This document shows, in pieces, positions 1-11,859 of a DNA stretch of 64,000 bases. The stretch is from the NCBI RefSeq assembly GCF_001194135.2, contig NC_068983.1, positions 57,882,127 to 57,946,126 of the forward strand, given 5' to 3'. Every line of letters starts with the position of its first letter. Position 1 is the first letter of the stretch. A program made the translations under genes and the position numbers. This DNA comes from Octopus bimaculoides. Lineage: Eukaryota. Below the pieces are notes generated by a model. The model worked only from the letters and a program-made list of their open reading frames with translations. It made no database searches and had not been told where the DNA came from.

Positions 1-664
1 TATACATATATATATATATATATCATTTGTATATAACAACTAAACTTTGTTTCACCCAAACCAAAGACAGAGCCTTTTCTATATTCAGCCATTGTCTTGA
101 AGTATCTTACCATAGCTAATTTCTGTGGCATTATTCATATCCAGTTGTCTAGAAGTTTATGTATTTCTTTCTCCCAATGGATCTTTCCAAACAATATGAA
201 TTGCTAGCAGCCATCTCTTTTCTTCCAAATTTTTAGCTATTGTAAGACTATTCAATAAAGAGACACAAATATAAACATAAATATATGTGTGTGTGTGCAT
301 GCATGTGTGCATGCTCACCTATGTGTGCTTGCGTATGTGTTTGTGTGTGTGTATACAAAGTATTTTATTGACAGATCAATGTATATATCCTTCGTTTTAC
401 TCTATAGAAATCTTAAAAGAATTATTCATCGTATCAAAGGAATTTATCAACTTTTAACCAGATATTGATGTATCTGAGAATATAGTATTCAAATTTGTAG
501 GAAAGTTATCATTCTGAGGAAATGTGTAAAATCAATGACTGTCTCCATTAGTCTCTTCAATCTTGTTTCTGCTATTATTATAGTGTGGTGTCTGTGTCGC
601 CAAACTATCTAACCCATTCACTATGTGCACTTCAATGACACAGACACATGCACACACACACACG

Positions 665-732
<68 letters not shown>

Positions 733-1071
733 NNNNNNNNNNGTGCACAGATTATATCATGGTATATATTTGTACCTATATATATATATATATATATATA
801 CACAGACATTCACATATGTATATACAGACATGTATAGATTATTTCATGATATATATAATGTACCTATTTATATATACAAAGGTATTCACACACATATACA
901 CATATACATACACACAAACACACACACATATGTATGTATATGTGTGTGTGTATGTATGTGTGTATATGATATACATGTACCTATTTATATACATAGGTAT
1001 TCACACACACACATATACACACATGTGTACATATATATATATGTTCACACACGTGTGTGTATATATATATG

Positions 1072-1141
<70 letters not shown>

Positions 1142-1324
1142 TTTCTAAATCTCTCAGAGAGATTTATGCAGTAGTGATACGATAAAGTAGTTGTATGCTG
1201 TCAACTTAATGTAACAGTCCCCCTGAAGGGAATAATACTAATGCTAGAATTTACAACAAAAATGGAGTAGAATAACTGACCTGTCTGTCTGACATATTCT
1301 GTCTTGTGTGTATCTTTACTTTGT

Positions 1325-1550
1325 TATATATCTATATATAATTTAGAGAAAAGAACTACAGTTCATGAACTCATCCATGAAACTCCACAGTCACATATTT
1401 TATTATTTTAATAATTATTACTTTGTATTTTATTATAGTTCTTTTTAGTGTATTTAATTGTTAAATTTTCTCTATATGTGACTGCAGATTTTCATGGATG
1501 AGTTCATGAACTTTGGTTCTTTTCTCTAAATTATATATTTATATATTATA
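1325..1550. mobile_element. Fold-back/MITE-like element with ~75-bp inverted arms
   Basis: Left arm ...atttagagaaaagaactacagttcatgaactcatccatgaaa...agtcacata is the reverse complement of the right arm tatgtgact...ttcatggatgagttcatgaactttggttcttttctctaaat; AT-rich spacer. Confidence 0.7.
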
Positions 1551-1632
1551 TAGTGTCAAACTTAATTTGATTTTAATTTTTGATAAATTGAATTTAATTG
1601 ACTTTTTACCTGTAAATTTGGATTTTTATCCC

Positions 1633-1670
<38 letters not shown>

Positions 1671-1714
1671 GATATATATTCATTTCATTTAACAAAAAGA
1701 ATGCAGCTGTGATG

Positions 1715-1856
1715 ATAGACAGTCAATGACTATTGAAGGGGCTGCAAAATGCCACAAAAATTTTAGAAAAAATTAAATAAGTAAATGAGTAGAAATTGAA
1801 CTAGTGAATGTGATAAGTAAAAAGGCACTAAAAGAGAATGACTCTCCCCAGACAAA
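1715..1856. mobile_element. Single arm of the fold-back family seen complete at 14833-15130
   Basis: Shares aaaattttagaaaaa...aaatgagt...aaggcactaaaaga.aatgactctccccagaca with 14997-15130. Confidence 0.65.
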
Positions 1857-2199
1857 TAATATATATATATATCCACTTATATACATATACATATGTACAT
1901 GTATGTATTCTCACACACACACAACTCTCTGATTTTGTAAACAAGCAAACACATACATACGTGTGAGTATGTATGTATAAAATGATAAAGTTCTGCATTA
2001 ATAGTATTCTTAAATGAAAACTTTTATTATAACACATTAAAGTCTCTCTATTCAATTCTCTAATAGTATGCATGTTAATCAAGTTGCAGACTTTACTGTC
2101 GACTTGAAATCTGTTAAGAAGAAAGTCATTCAAATACAAACGAACGAGATCGTCAATAGTCATTTTAATTGGAAGGGAATCATAAAACAAAAACAGTAA

Positions 2200-2500
2200 T
2201 TGATTACAATGATGCCCACAGTTATTGTTTCTCGAGATCTTATACGAGATATTCTATACAAGCACCACACTGTGCGGTTTCCTTTAACACCATGAAAGAT
2301 TGTGGCATAAACATTATTCATGAGAATGTTGATGTCTTTGTAGCTGGTGGTGAAGTTGTAAAGAGTGAATTTTAGAATGCTCTAGATGAAATATTCATCC
2401 TTAATATGCATGAATTAATTCGGAACCCTGTGAAGTGTGGCATAGTTGCTACAAGTGATCATATATTAATGGTAGATACATGTCATTAGAAATGGTTAGA
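2200..2500 (+). pseudogene. Possible highly decayed Penelope-like fragment (GIY-YIG region)
   Basis: Frameshifted pieces IRDILYKHHTVRFP and PCE-CGIV-YK loosely resemble the PLE linker and the PCxCGxxYxG motif; weak. Confidence 0.25.
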
Positions 2501-2994
2501 AAATTCACTCTATTTATTAAACATATATAACATCATTATCATGATCATCATGACCATCATCATCATCATTATCATAAACATCACCATTGCCACAATTTAA
2601 TGTCCATTTTCCATGCCATCAAGGGTTGGACGATTTGACAGAAACAACTGAGCTAGAGGACTATGGCAAGCTCCTATGTCTGTTTCGGCATGGGTCCTAC
2701 AGCTGGGTTCCTACACCAACTAGTGTATACAGTAAACAAACCAACACCGGTCATCTAGCAGTGATAGGAGGACAAACGTATACACTAAGACACACACACA
2801 CACACGCATATTCAGCTGCCATCTTTCAGTTCCTGTCCACCAAATCCACTCATATCATGTGTGTGTGTGGCTAAGCAATAAGCTCACTCGAAAGTTTTGA
2901 GTTCAATCCCCCATTCAAGTTGTCGTTTAAATAGAAGCAGTAGGACACCTACATATCACTACTTAGGGGGACCTTTGTCCCTTAGATTATCAGA

Positions 2995-3034
<40 letters not shown>

Positions 3035-3051
3035 TCATCATCATCATGTGA

Positions 3052-3110
3052 AGGTGCATGGCTCAGTGGATAGAGTGTCAAGCTTACAATCGTGAGGTTG
3101 TGAGTTTGAT
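3052..3110 (+). mobile_element. tRNA-derived SINE head fragment
   Basis: A-box-like tggctcagtgg, B-box-like gagtttgat, truncated at a (TTA)n run. Confidence 0.55.
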
Positions 3111-3127
3111 GTTATTATTATTATTAT

Positions 3128-3276
3128 TCAGGTCACTGCCTGGAACTGAACTCGGAATCTTGGGGTTAGTAGACCACGCTCTTAACCACTACGCCATTTG
3201 CCCATGGGCATATGGCGTAGTGGTTAAGAACCCGGGCTACTAACCCCAAGATTCCAAGTTCGATTCCAGGCAGAGT

Positions 3277-3330
<54 letters not shown>

Positions 3331-3502
3331 CATTGAAAAATACCTTAGGAATGAGAACCCAGGTTTGAAATTTCCCCAAGACACCTGAAGAAGGCTGAAG
3401 GGTATATCAGCTGAAATGTTGTGTTAACAACAAACAAGATGTGGACAAATATCTGTCAAATGTAAATAATATAAATAATTCTTCATCTCTTAAATATAGA
3501 AC
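3128..3502 (+). mobile_element. Family E: back-to-back tRNA-like heads + (AAT)n + hammerhead-bearing tail (core decayed in this copy)
   Basis: 77-bp inverted arms about the axis cccatggg (3201-3208); A box TGGCGTAGTGG, B box GTTCGATTCC; tail matches 9790-9962. Confidence 0.8.
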
Positions 3503-3559
3503 AAATAGAATTTGTTCAGGGAAATTTTCCACCTGTCTTTGCTCTTCCTGTCACCTTAA

Positions 3560-3865
3560 TATTGAACTCAGAATGTAATGGCAGACGAAATACCGCTGAG
3601 CATTTCACCCGGGATGCTAACTTTTCTGCCAGCTCGCCGTCTTAGTTGATGTTATATATTCTTTTCTACTCTGGGTACAAGGCCCAAAACCTTTAGGGAG
3701 GGGTCAGTCGATTTGGTGCCCAACTGGTACTTAATTTATCGACCCTGAAAAGATGAAAATCAAAATCAACCTCGATGGAATTTGAACGCAGATTGTAAAG
3801 ACAAAGGAAATACTGCTAAGCATTTCGCCCCAGTGTGCTAACGTTTCTGCCAGCTTGCTCTCTTG
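3560..3865 (-). mobile_element. SINE family B, two copies
   Basis: Reverse complement of gagctggcagaa...ctgagttcaaattcc...gactttgcctttcatcc...gtcgataaattaagtaccag. Confidence 0.75.
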
Positions 3866-4629
3866 AGGGAGAAGTAAAACTGAAGCCGGGGGAAACAAGA
3901 AATCTTATGCTAGTCTCTGGTACCATTTGTGGAGCATTTACATAACTTCCAATAGATTTAACAGTCAAAATAGCTGCTGACGTTGAAACTTAGTAACAAG
4001 TAAGATAAGACATATTACAGAAGCAATTACTAGGAACAGTTCGCTTTTATAAATTTAATCTCACTTCTGTTATAGGTTTATTTTAAAATGCTTTCAATAT
4101 TGATGTAAGATCGTTGGAAACTGACAGAAAATGGCAGAGAAAGAAAGAAATTTTAAAAAATGTGGGGAATTGTTGAGAAGTAAAGAAAAAAATTAAGCCG
4201 CGTTGAAATGAAAAGATAGAAAAATAACAAGAAGAAGTTTTGGGAAATGGGGAAATCAAATTAGAGGAACAAAAAAATGTAGATTTAGAAAAGTGTAAGA
4301 GTGAGAGAGAGGGGGAAAGTGTGTGTGTGGGAATGGGGTGGAAAATGGATTGAAAGAGGAGAAAAGGGAAGAAATGGTTGAAGAAATGGTAGAAATGTAT
4401 TGAGGGAAAATTACACAAGGATAAAAAAGAAAGAAAAGTATAATGCTTGTGATGAAGTTTGGAGAGTGTAAAAGAGAGAGGAAAGAAAGTGATGCAGTTT
4501 GACAGATGTGTGACAAAGAAGGACTGAAAAGGGTCCCAGTCATGTGACAGGAAATGGTAAAAACAGACCTGGTAAAAATGAACAGATATAAAAGTATAGG
4601 GCGTGAAAGAAAAACTTCACTAATATATG

Positions 4630-4666
<37 letters not shown>

Positions 4667-4759
4667 ATGTGTGTGTGTATATATGTGTTTGTGTGTATGT
4701 GTATCATCATCTATACACACTCACACACACATACATATACATACATATATACACATGTG

Positions 4760-4798
<39 letters not shown>

Positions 4799-4844
4799 AC
4801 ATATATATATATATGATTGTCTGCTAACTCCAAAAGTTTTTTAT

Positions 4845-5000
4845 TCTCTCTCTGTTAATTTCCTCGTGTTCCTTTCTGTTGAAGAGCATAGGCTTGAAAC
4901 GTAAAAGACATTCTCACCTTCACGGGTGTTAAACTAATACATCCGTTTGTTGTTTATACACCTGTCTTCATCTTTTGTTTTACTGTAAATTTCAACTATA
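4845..5000 (+). mobile_element. Short repeat with a PLE-terminus-like motif (tgaagagc.taggctcgaaacgt-type)
   Basis: ctgttgaagagcataggcttgaaacgtaaaagac resembles a decayed hammerhead/PLE terminal segment. Confidence 0.4.
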
Positions 5001-5021
5001 GACATATGTGTATGTATATAC

Positions 5022-5054
<33 letters not shown>

Positions 5055-5344
5055 NNNNNNNNNNNNNNNNNNNNNNNNNNNNNNNNNNNNNNNNNNNNNN
5101 NNNNNTCAAAACGTCTCTCTGCAGTATTTTATTGCAAAATAAATAGTTTATTGCAAAATATATAAGACTACAAAAGAATATATTAGACTTTACAAGACTT
5201 TAAAAAAACTTTATAAGAGGTGTTGAAAGTGTCGTCCTTCATTTTCAATACATAAGTTGACTCTTCTACACGTGTTTTGAAATACATCTTGGAGAGTCAG
5301 GATGAAATGAAATTTCCTGCGGAGAGACTTTTTGAACACCCTAA

Positions 5345-5480
5345 ATTTATACAGTTCTATATTTAAGAGATGCGGAATTATGTACATTATTTACTTTTGA
5401 CGGATATTTGTTTGTTGTTGACACCAAACAAGATGAGGACAAATAACTGTCAAATGTAAATAATGTAAATAATGTACCCT
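5345..5480 (-). mobile_element. Family E tail fragments
   Basis: agttctatatttaagagatg and aacaagatgaggacaaata...gtcaaatgtaaataatgtaaataatgtac are shared with other E copies. Confidence 0.65.
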
Positions 5481-6289
5481 AAATATATATNNNNNNNNNN
5501 NNNNNNNNNNNNNNNNNNNNNNNNNNNNNNNNNNNNNNNNNNNNNNNNNNNNNNNNNNNNNNNNNNNNNNNNNNNNNNNNNNNNNNNNNNNNNNNNNNNN
5601 NNNNNNNNNNNNNNNNNNNNNNNNNNNNNNNNNNNNNNNNNNNNNNNNNNNNNNNNNNNNNNNNNNNNNNNNNNNNNNNNNNNNNNNNNNNNNNNNNNNN
5701 NNNNNNNNNNNNNNNNNNNNNNNNNNNNNNNNNNNNNNNNNNNNNNNNNNNNNNNNNNNNNNNNNNNNNNNNNNNNNNNNNNNNNNNNNNNNNNNNNNNN
5801 NNNNNNNNNNNNNNNNNNNNNNNNNNNNNNNNNNNNNNNNNNNNNNNNNNNNNNNNNNNNNNNNNNNNNNNNNNNNNNNNNNNNNNNNNNNNNNNNNNNN
5901 NNNNNNNNNNNNNNNNNNNNNNNNNNNNNNNNNNNNNNNNNNNNNNNNNNNNNNNNNNNNNNNNNNNNNNNNNNNNNNNNNNNNNNNNNNNNNNNNNNNN
6001 NNNNNNNNNNNNNNNNNNNNNNNNNNNNNNNNNNNNNNNNNNNNNNNNNNNNNNNNNNNNNNNNNNNNNNNNNNNNNNNNNNNNNNNNNNNNNNNNNNNN
6101 NNNNNNNNNNNNNNNNNNNNNNNNNNNNNNNNNNNNNNNNNNNNNNNNNNNNNNNNNNNNNNNNNNNNNNNNNNNNNNNNNNNNNNNNNNNNNNNNNNNN
6201 NNNNNNNNNNNNNNNNNNNNNNNNNNNNNNNNNNNNNNNNNNNNNNNNNNNNNNNNNNNNNTGGTTGGAAATCAATGAATAAAAGGCTT

Positions 6290-6945
6290 AGAATTTATTG
6301 GAGTAAAATGGAGAATGTGTGAATAGGGAAAAAGAAAGGAGAGAGAAAGAATGAGAAGGAGAAGAAGAGGGGAAGAAAGAAAGACTGAGAAGATGACAGA
6401 AAAATGGAAGGGAGGGGTGTAGAGTTGAATAAAGGTATGAGTGAAAGACTGGGGGAAAAAAGAATGAGATAAAGCTAAAAGAGAATATTGTATAATGAAG
6501 TAGGAAAAGAAAGAGGAGACAGACAGCAGACTGATGGACTGATGAATGGATAGAAAGAGAGAGAAAGAGAGAGAGAGTTAAAGGAAGGGAGGGACAAAAT
6601 GAGAGAGGTAGATAGAGAGAGTGTGAGAGAAAGAAAGAAAGAAAGAAAGAAAGATATAAAACATAGGAAGATTGAGTGAGAGAGTGGCAGCGAGAAGGAG
6701 AGAAAGAGAGGGAGAGAAAGAGAAGGAGAGGGACAAAGGGAGAGAGGTAGATAGAGAGTTCGAGAGAGAGAAAGAAAGATACAAAGCATAGGGAGATTGA
6801 GTGGGAGTGGCAGGAAGAGAGAGAGTGAGAGAGAGTTAAAGGGAGGGAAGGACAAAGTGAGAGAGGTAGATAGAGAGTGTGAGAGAGAGAGAAAGAAAGA
6901 AAGATACAAAACAGGAAAATTGAGTGAGAAAGTGGTAGCGAGAGG

Positions 6946-6976
<31 letters not shown>

Positions 6977-7290
6977 GCAGATAGACAGAGGGCCAGACTG
7001 CAGAATTGATGAACAGATAGACAGATAAAGAGAGAACGAGAGAGAGTGAGAGGGGTATAGAGAGTGAGGTAGAGAGAGAAAGATGCAAAGCACAGAGACA
7101 GGGAAAGAGAGAGAGACAGACAGACAGATAAAGAGACAGTGAGTGAGAGGGATTGAGAGAGGGAGAGAGATAGATAAATTGATAGAAACAGACAGAGATA
7201 GAGAAAGAGGTAGAGAGAGAGATAAAGAGATAGGGAGCAAGGGCGAGGGAGATAGGGAGATGTGGGTTGAAATAAACAGATAAGCTGCCA
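6290..7290 (+). repeat. Polypurine (GA-rich) tract with about four degenerate ~140-bp units
   Basis: Recurrent gggacaaa.tgagagaggtagatagagagtgtgagaga...agatacaaaaca.gga.aattgagtgaga..gtggcag between ~6560 and 6960. Confidence 0.8.
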
Positions 7291-7861
7291 AGCCCCAATA
7301 AAGGTCAATTACTCTTGTGTTTTATTAAGGAATTAATTTCAAGAATTTAAAAGCCATAAAGACTAACAAAATAATATAATAAATTTTCAAAGATGGATGT
7401 AAGAAGAAAAATCTCAGAGATCCTTACCAGGCAAATAGATCGATCAAAGATTAAATTCCATCAGAAATTGGTGCATTTTTAGAGAAATTTTCAATTAGAG
7501 AAAACAGGAGATTATTCAGTGCAGATATTTTTGTAAGGTGGGGGTGGGGGTAGAAAGAGACATTGTTTTGTTGTTGTGGAAATAAATACCACGCATAACA
7601 AACAAATAAGTAAATAAACAGACAAATAAATAAATAAATAAATGAATGAATAAATAAATAAATGAATGAATGAATAAGAATATGCAGCAAAGGAATGGCA
7701 GAAAATTCTAAAAATCAAAGAATCACAGTAATTTACATTTTAACTGTGTGTTTTAAGATGATATATATTTTTTTTTGTGGGTTTCTTTCGTTTTTGTCTG
7801 TTTTTTTTTTCTTTTTCTTTTTTTTTTCGTCAATCATATCTCAAAACGTGGAGAAATATTT

Positions 7862-7922
7862 CTTAATAATAATAATAATAATGATGATGATATTAATAAT
7901 AATAATAATAATGATGATGATG

Positions 7923-7965
<43 letters not shown>

Positions 7966-8063
7966 TATTAATAATAATAATAATAATGATGATAATAATT
8001 ATAATAATAATAATAATAATAATGATATTAATAATAATAATAAGAAGAAGAAGAATGATGATG

Positions 8064-8126
<63 letters not shown>

Positions 8127-8231
8127 GTAATGATAATAATAGTAATAATAATGATATTAATAATAATAATAATAACGATAATAATAATAATGATAATAAT
8201 AAAAATAATAAAAAAAGAATAGTAGCAATGC

Positions 8232-8275
<44 letters not shown>

Positions 8276-8330
8276 ATAATAATAATAATAACAATAAGAA
8301 GAAGAAGAAGAAGAAGAATGATAGTATTAA
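7862..8330. repeat. Compound trinucleotide microsatellite (AAT/GAT/AAG/AGT)
   Basis: Direct observation. Confidence 0.95.
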
Positions 8331-8844
8331 TGATGAGAATAAATACAGGAACTGTAATGAAATGGCTGATTATTACGCAAAAGGAACCATTAAATAATCT
8401 GTCTTCATGAATGCTGAACGATATTAATAGTAAGATGTTTACTGAACGCCATATACATTGTGTAAAGGATTTAAGAAGTGCTGCTTAAATGACAGTTTGG
8501 TATAATAGACGAAGAGCTAACGTATCCAAAATATGGCTCATGAACTCTTCTTTTTTCCTTGATAATCAGTAATATGTATGTGTTGTTGTAAGTGCAGGTG
8601 TGGTGGTGTGGTTAAAAAGCTTGCTTCCCAACCATGTGATCTGAAGTTCGGTCTCACTGTAAGGCAGTCCAAGCAAGTGTCTTCACCTGTAGTTTGAGGC
8701 TAAAGAAATGTTGAACGTGGTTTGAATGAAGCTTGCCTTCATCTTTGGAAACAAAGAACTTTGTCGTATGAATAATATGAGCACTAGAAAATAGCATAAA
8801 GAGGTCTTTAAAAATTCTAAGTGAACTAAACAACATTATTTACA

Positions 8845-8978
8845 TTATTTACATTATTTGTCCTCATTTTGTTTGTTGTTAACACAAAGTTTCATCTGAT
8901 ATACCCTCCAGCCTTCATCAGGTGTCTTGGGAAAATTTCGAACTTGGGTTCTCATTCTTAAGGTATTTTACGATGTTG

Positions 8979-8985
<7 letters not shown>
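8845..8985 (-). mobile_element. Family E tail (decayed hammerhead) followed by (TTA)n
   Basis: Reverse complement of aaaataccttaggaatgagaaccc...gacacctgatgaaggctggagggtatatcag. Confidence 0.8.
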
Positions 8986-9049
<64 letters not shown>

Positions 9050-9605
9050 GAGTGAGAGAGCAGGGTATGCCGTCAAAGTGACACCGGGTTAAAATATACG
9101 AAGCCCAGTATACCCATCATGACTACCCGTCTGATAAGAGTACACCAGGCACATGCATCACAACCATATGTGCGCGATATGGTAATCTCATATCAAGATA
9201 AACAGTGCATGACCTGGCAGGTGGAGCCCAGTTAGAATTTTCTTCAGGTTGAGTAGCCCATCCTGCTCAAAAGATCCCTGAATAAGGTTTGCTTAAGGAT
9301 GTTGAGCAAGACACCTATGTTTCCAAAGGCGAATTATTCAAACCCCAAAGAATTCCTCTCAACACATGGCTATGATGCTCCCCCACTACTTCTGCTCATG
9401 ATCAGAGATGCACATATCATCAGCCACCAAGGGACATGTTCAACTGGTTAAGGTCAAACAACTGACAAGCAAATCTGTGATATTAAGCAGAATATTTGCT
9501 GTAGCCCATCTTTTAATACCAAGACAAAGCAATGTACATGATAACACTTCCAATCAGTTAAGATCAGAAGCCATGAGAGCCACCGCCTAGCACTGCATCA
9601 GGGCA
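9050..9605. mobile_element. Unclassified ~555-bp interspersed repeat (family H) embedded in (ATT)n
   Basis: (ATT)n on both flanks; a partial second copy at 53829-53958 is also beside (TAT)n. Confidence 0.65.
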
Positions 9606-9611
9606 TTATTA

Positions 9612-9673
<62 letters not shown>

Positions 9674-9677
9674 TACT

Positions 9678-9962
9678 CAGGTGACTGCCTGCATTTTTTT
9701 AGTTCTATATTTAAGAGATGAGGAACTATGTACATTATTTACATTATTTATATTTGACGGAATTATAATAATAACAATAATAATAACAGCATTGAAAAAT
9801 ACCTTAGGAATGAGAACCCAGCTTCGAAATTTCCCCATGACACCTGATGAAGGCTGGAGGGTATATCAGCCGAAACGTTGTGTTAAAAACAAACAAGATG
9901 AGGACAAATATCCGTCAAATGTAAATAATGTACATAATTCCTCATCTCTTAAATATAAAACT
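9678..9962 (+). mobile_element. Family E: inverted tail end + (AAT)n + forward tail with intact hammerhead
   Basis: Tail matches 3329-3502 and 38975-39122. Confidence 0.85.
9839..9884 (+). ncRNA. Minimal type I hammerhead ribozyme
   Basis: GACAC-CUGAUGA-A-GGCUG(GAGGGUAUAU)CAGCC-GAAACGUU-GUGUU: stem I GACAC/GUGUU, conserved core, stem II 5 bp, palindromic ACGU stem III, cleavage triplet GUU. Confidence 0.7.
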
Positions 9963-10261
9963 GTATTATTAAAATACAAATGCAATATATGAAATTGGAG
10001 AAATCCTTTTAAAAANNNNNNNNNNNNNNNNNNNNNNNNNNNNNNNNNNNNNNNNNNNNNNNNNNNNNNNNNNNNNNNNNNNNNNNNNNNNNNNNNNNNN
10101 NNNNNNNNNNNNNNNNNNNNNNNNNNNNNNNNNNNNNNNNNNNNNNNNNNNNNNNNNNNNNNNNNNNNNNNNNNNNNNNNNNNNNNNNNNNNNNNNNNNN
10201 NNNNNNNNNNNNNNNNNNNNNNNNNNNNNNNNNNNNNNNNNNNNNNNNNNNNNNNNNNNNN

Positions 10262-10834
10262 NATATATATATATGCACATGTGTGTGTGATTGTGTGTCT
10301 GTGTTTGTTCCCCCTCCATTGCTTGAAAACTGATGCTGGTGTGTTTACTCCCCCTTAACTTACAGTTCAGCTAAAGAGAACCAACAGAATAAGTCCTGGA
10401 GTCAATTTCTTCGACTAAAGGCAGTGCTCCAGCATGGCCACTGTCACATGACTAAAACAAGTAAAAGAATAAAGAATTTGCTTACCAACCACATGGATCA
10501 GGGTTCAGTCCCACCACGTGGCACCTTGGGCAAGTATCTTCTACTATAGCCTCAGGCTGACCAAAACCTTGTGAGTGGATTTGGTAGACGGAAACTGAAA
10601 GAAGCCCGTCATATGTATGTGTGTGTGTGTGTGTTTGTGTGTCTGTGTGCCCCTTACCAACGCTTGACAACAGATGCTGGTGTGCTTGCATCCCTGTAAC
10701 TTAGCGGTTTGGCAAAAGACACCAATAGAATAAGTACTAGGCTTACAAAGAATAAGTTCTGGTGTCGATTTGCTAAAGGTGGTGCTCCAGCATGGCCACA
10801 GTCAAATGACTGAAATAACTAAAAGAATAAAAGA

Positions 10835-10838
<4 letters not shown>
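10262..10838 (+). mobile_element. SINE family A: a 3' half followed by a near-complete copy
   Basis: ggttcagtcccac...ggcaccttgggcaagtatcttctactatagcc...(TG)n...gaataagtactaggcttacaaagaataag...gctccagcatggcc. Confidence 0.85.
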
Positions 10839-10865
<27 letters not shown>

Positions 10866-10878
10866 CACACACACATAT

Positions 10879-11822
10879 GCAGGATTCTTTCAAAAACCAA
10901 ATATATTTGGTCAGACTTGTAGAAAACTTTTTATCCAGATATTTATATTACTTCTTATGTATGTAAAATCTCATTTACAATTTATTTTCCTTTAACCCAA
11001 TGTATGTTTTGTGCCAGTTGTTGTTATCAATCTGTAATTTCATGCTTTCCTTAAGGCCAAGCAATTACCACTGAGAAAACGTTTTCCAAGATCCATTTAA
11101 TTACAAGTAGAAGGTTGAACATTATTACTGATATTATAGAACCATTTAACATCAAATTGGTTAACACAAGGAAAGTTTTTAAAGGATAGTCAATCTTCAA
11201 TATGCTATTATTGAAGATCCAACAATATTTATGTCCTTCTGAGAGGAAAAAAAAACTTGAAATGACACGAAAGAATCCCCTAGCTAGGATGGCATTTATA
11301 TTAAAACTGAAATTTGGATTAAATCATACATTTTCCCACTTTCTTTTTCTATTCCTATTTCTAAGCTGAGCTAGCAATATATTGGATTTGTTCCATAAAC
11401 ACTCCTTTGGAGCACCTAGTTGTAACAAGATCATGCAGTGGCAAAGGTGGTTTCAACCATTCATTAGTAAGTAATGTGTTTAGATAATGCCAAAAAACCA
11501 ATTCTGAAGAATGGTAGGCTGGTGATTCGACTCTGTTAGTAAAAAAATTTTCTGATTTGGTTCCCAGTAAAAAACGAATATAGAAACATCTAGAAAATTT
11601 ACTACACTAAGCTAAACTTGTTTAATCCATATTAGATGTTCATATTCCTTAAGGCTATCAATCCGTCATCCCTTTATATCCCACTTCTTAAATTAAGATT
11701 TTTGTACAGAGAATTTAGAATATATTAGTTCATACAATCTTACCCAGCTCATTACCATCAAATCCATGCAAAGTAACATCAAACAACATGCAGCTTCTTT
11801 TTTTCTTAAACCAGGTTGGATT
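10879..11822 (-). pseudogene. Decayed Penelope-like element: RT C-terminal half, linker and GIY-YIG endonuclease
   Basis: Minus-strand frames give WFKKKRSCMLFDVTLHGFDGNELGKIV, I*RDDGLIAL, VVNFLDVS, SNHQPTIL, RKRKWENV*FNPNFS, HKYCWIFNNSILKIDY, TCN...LSGNCL, KTYIGLKE...FSTSLTKYIWFLKE, collinear with PLE ORF motifs; many stops and frameshifts. Confidence 0.85.
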
Positions 11823-11859
11823 GTCAGATAATAATAATAACAACAATAATAATGATAAT

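Noticed and set aside
111-247. Minus-strand segment with AG/GT-like flanks
   Set aside because: All three frames contain stops; at most a UTR exon, with no support.
3212-3281. Functional tRNA gene
   Set aside because: A and B boxes are present but there is no acceptor stem; it is a SINE-type head found in several copies.
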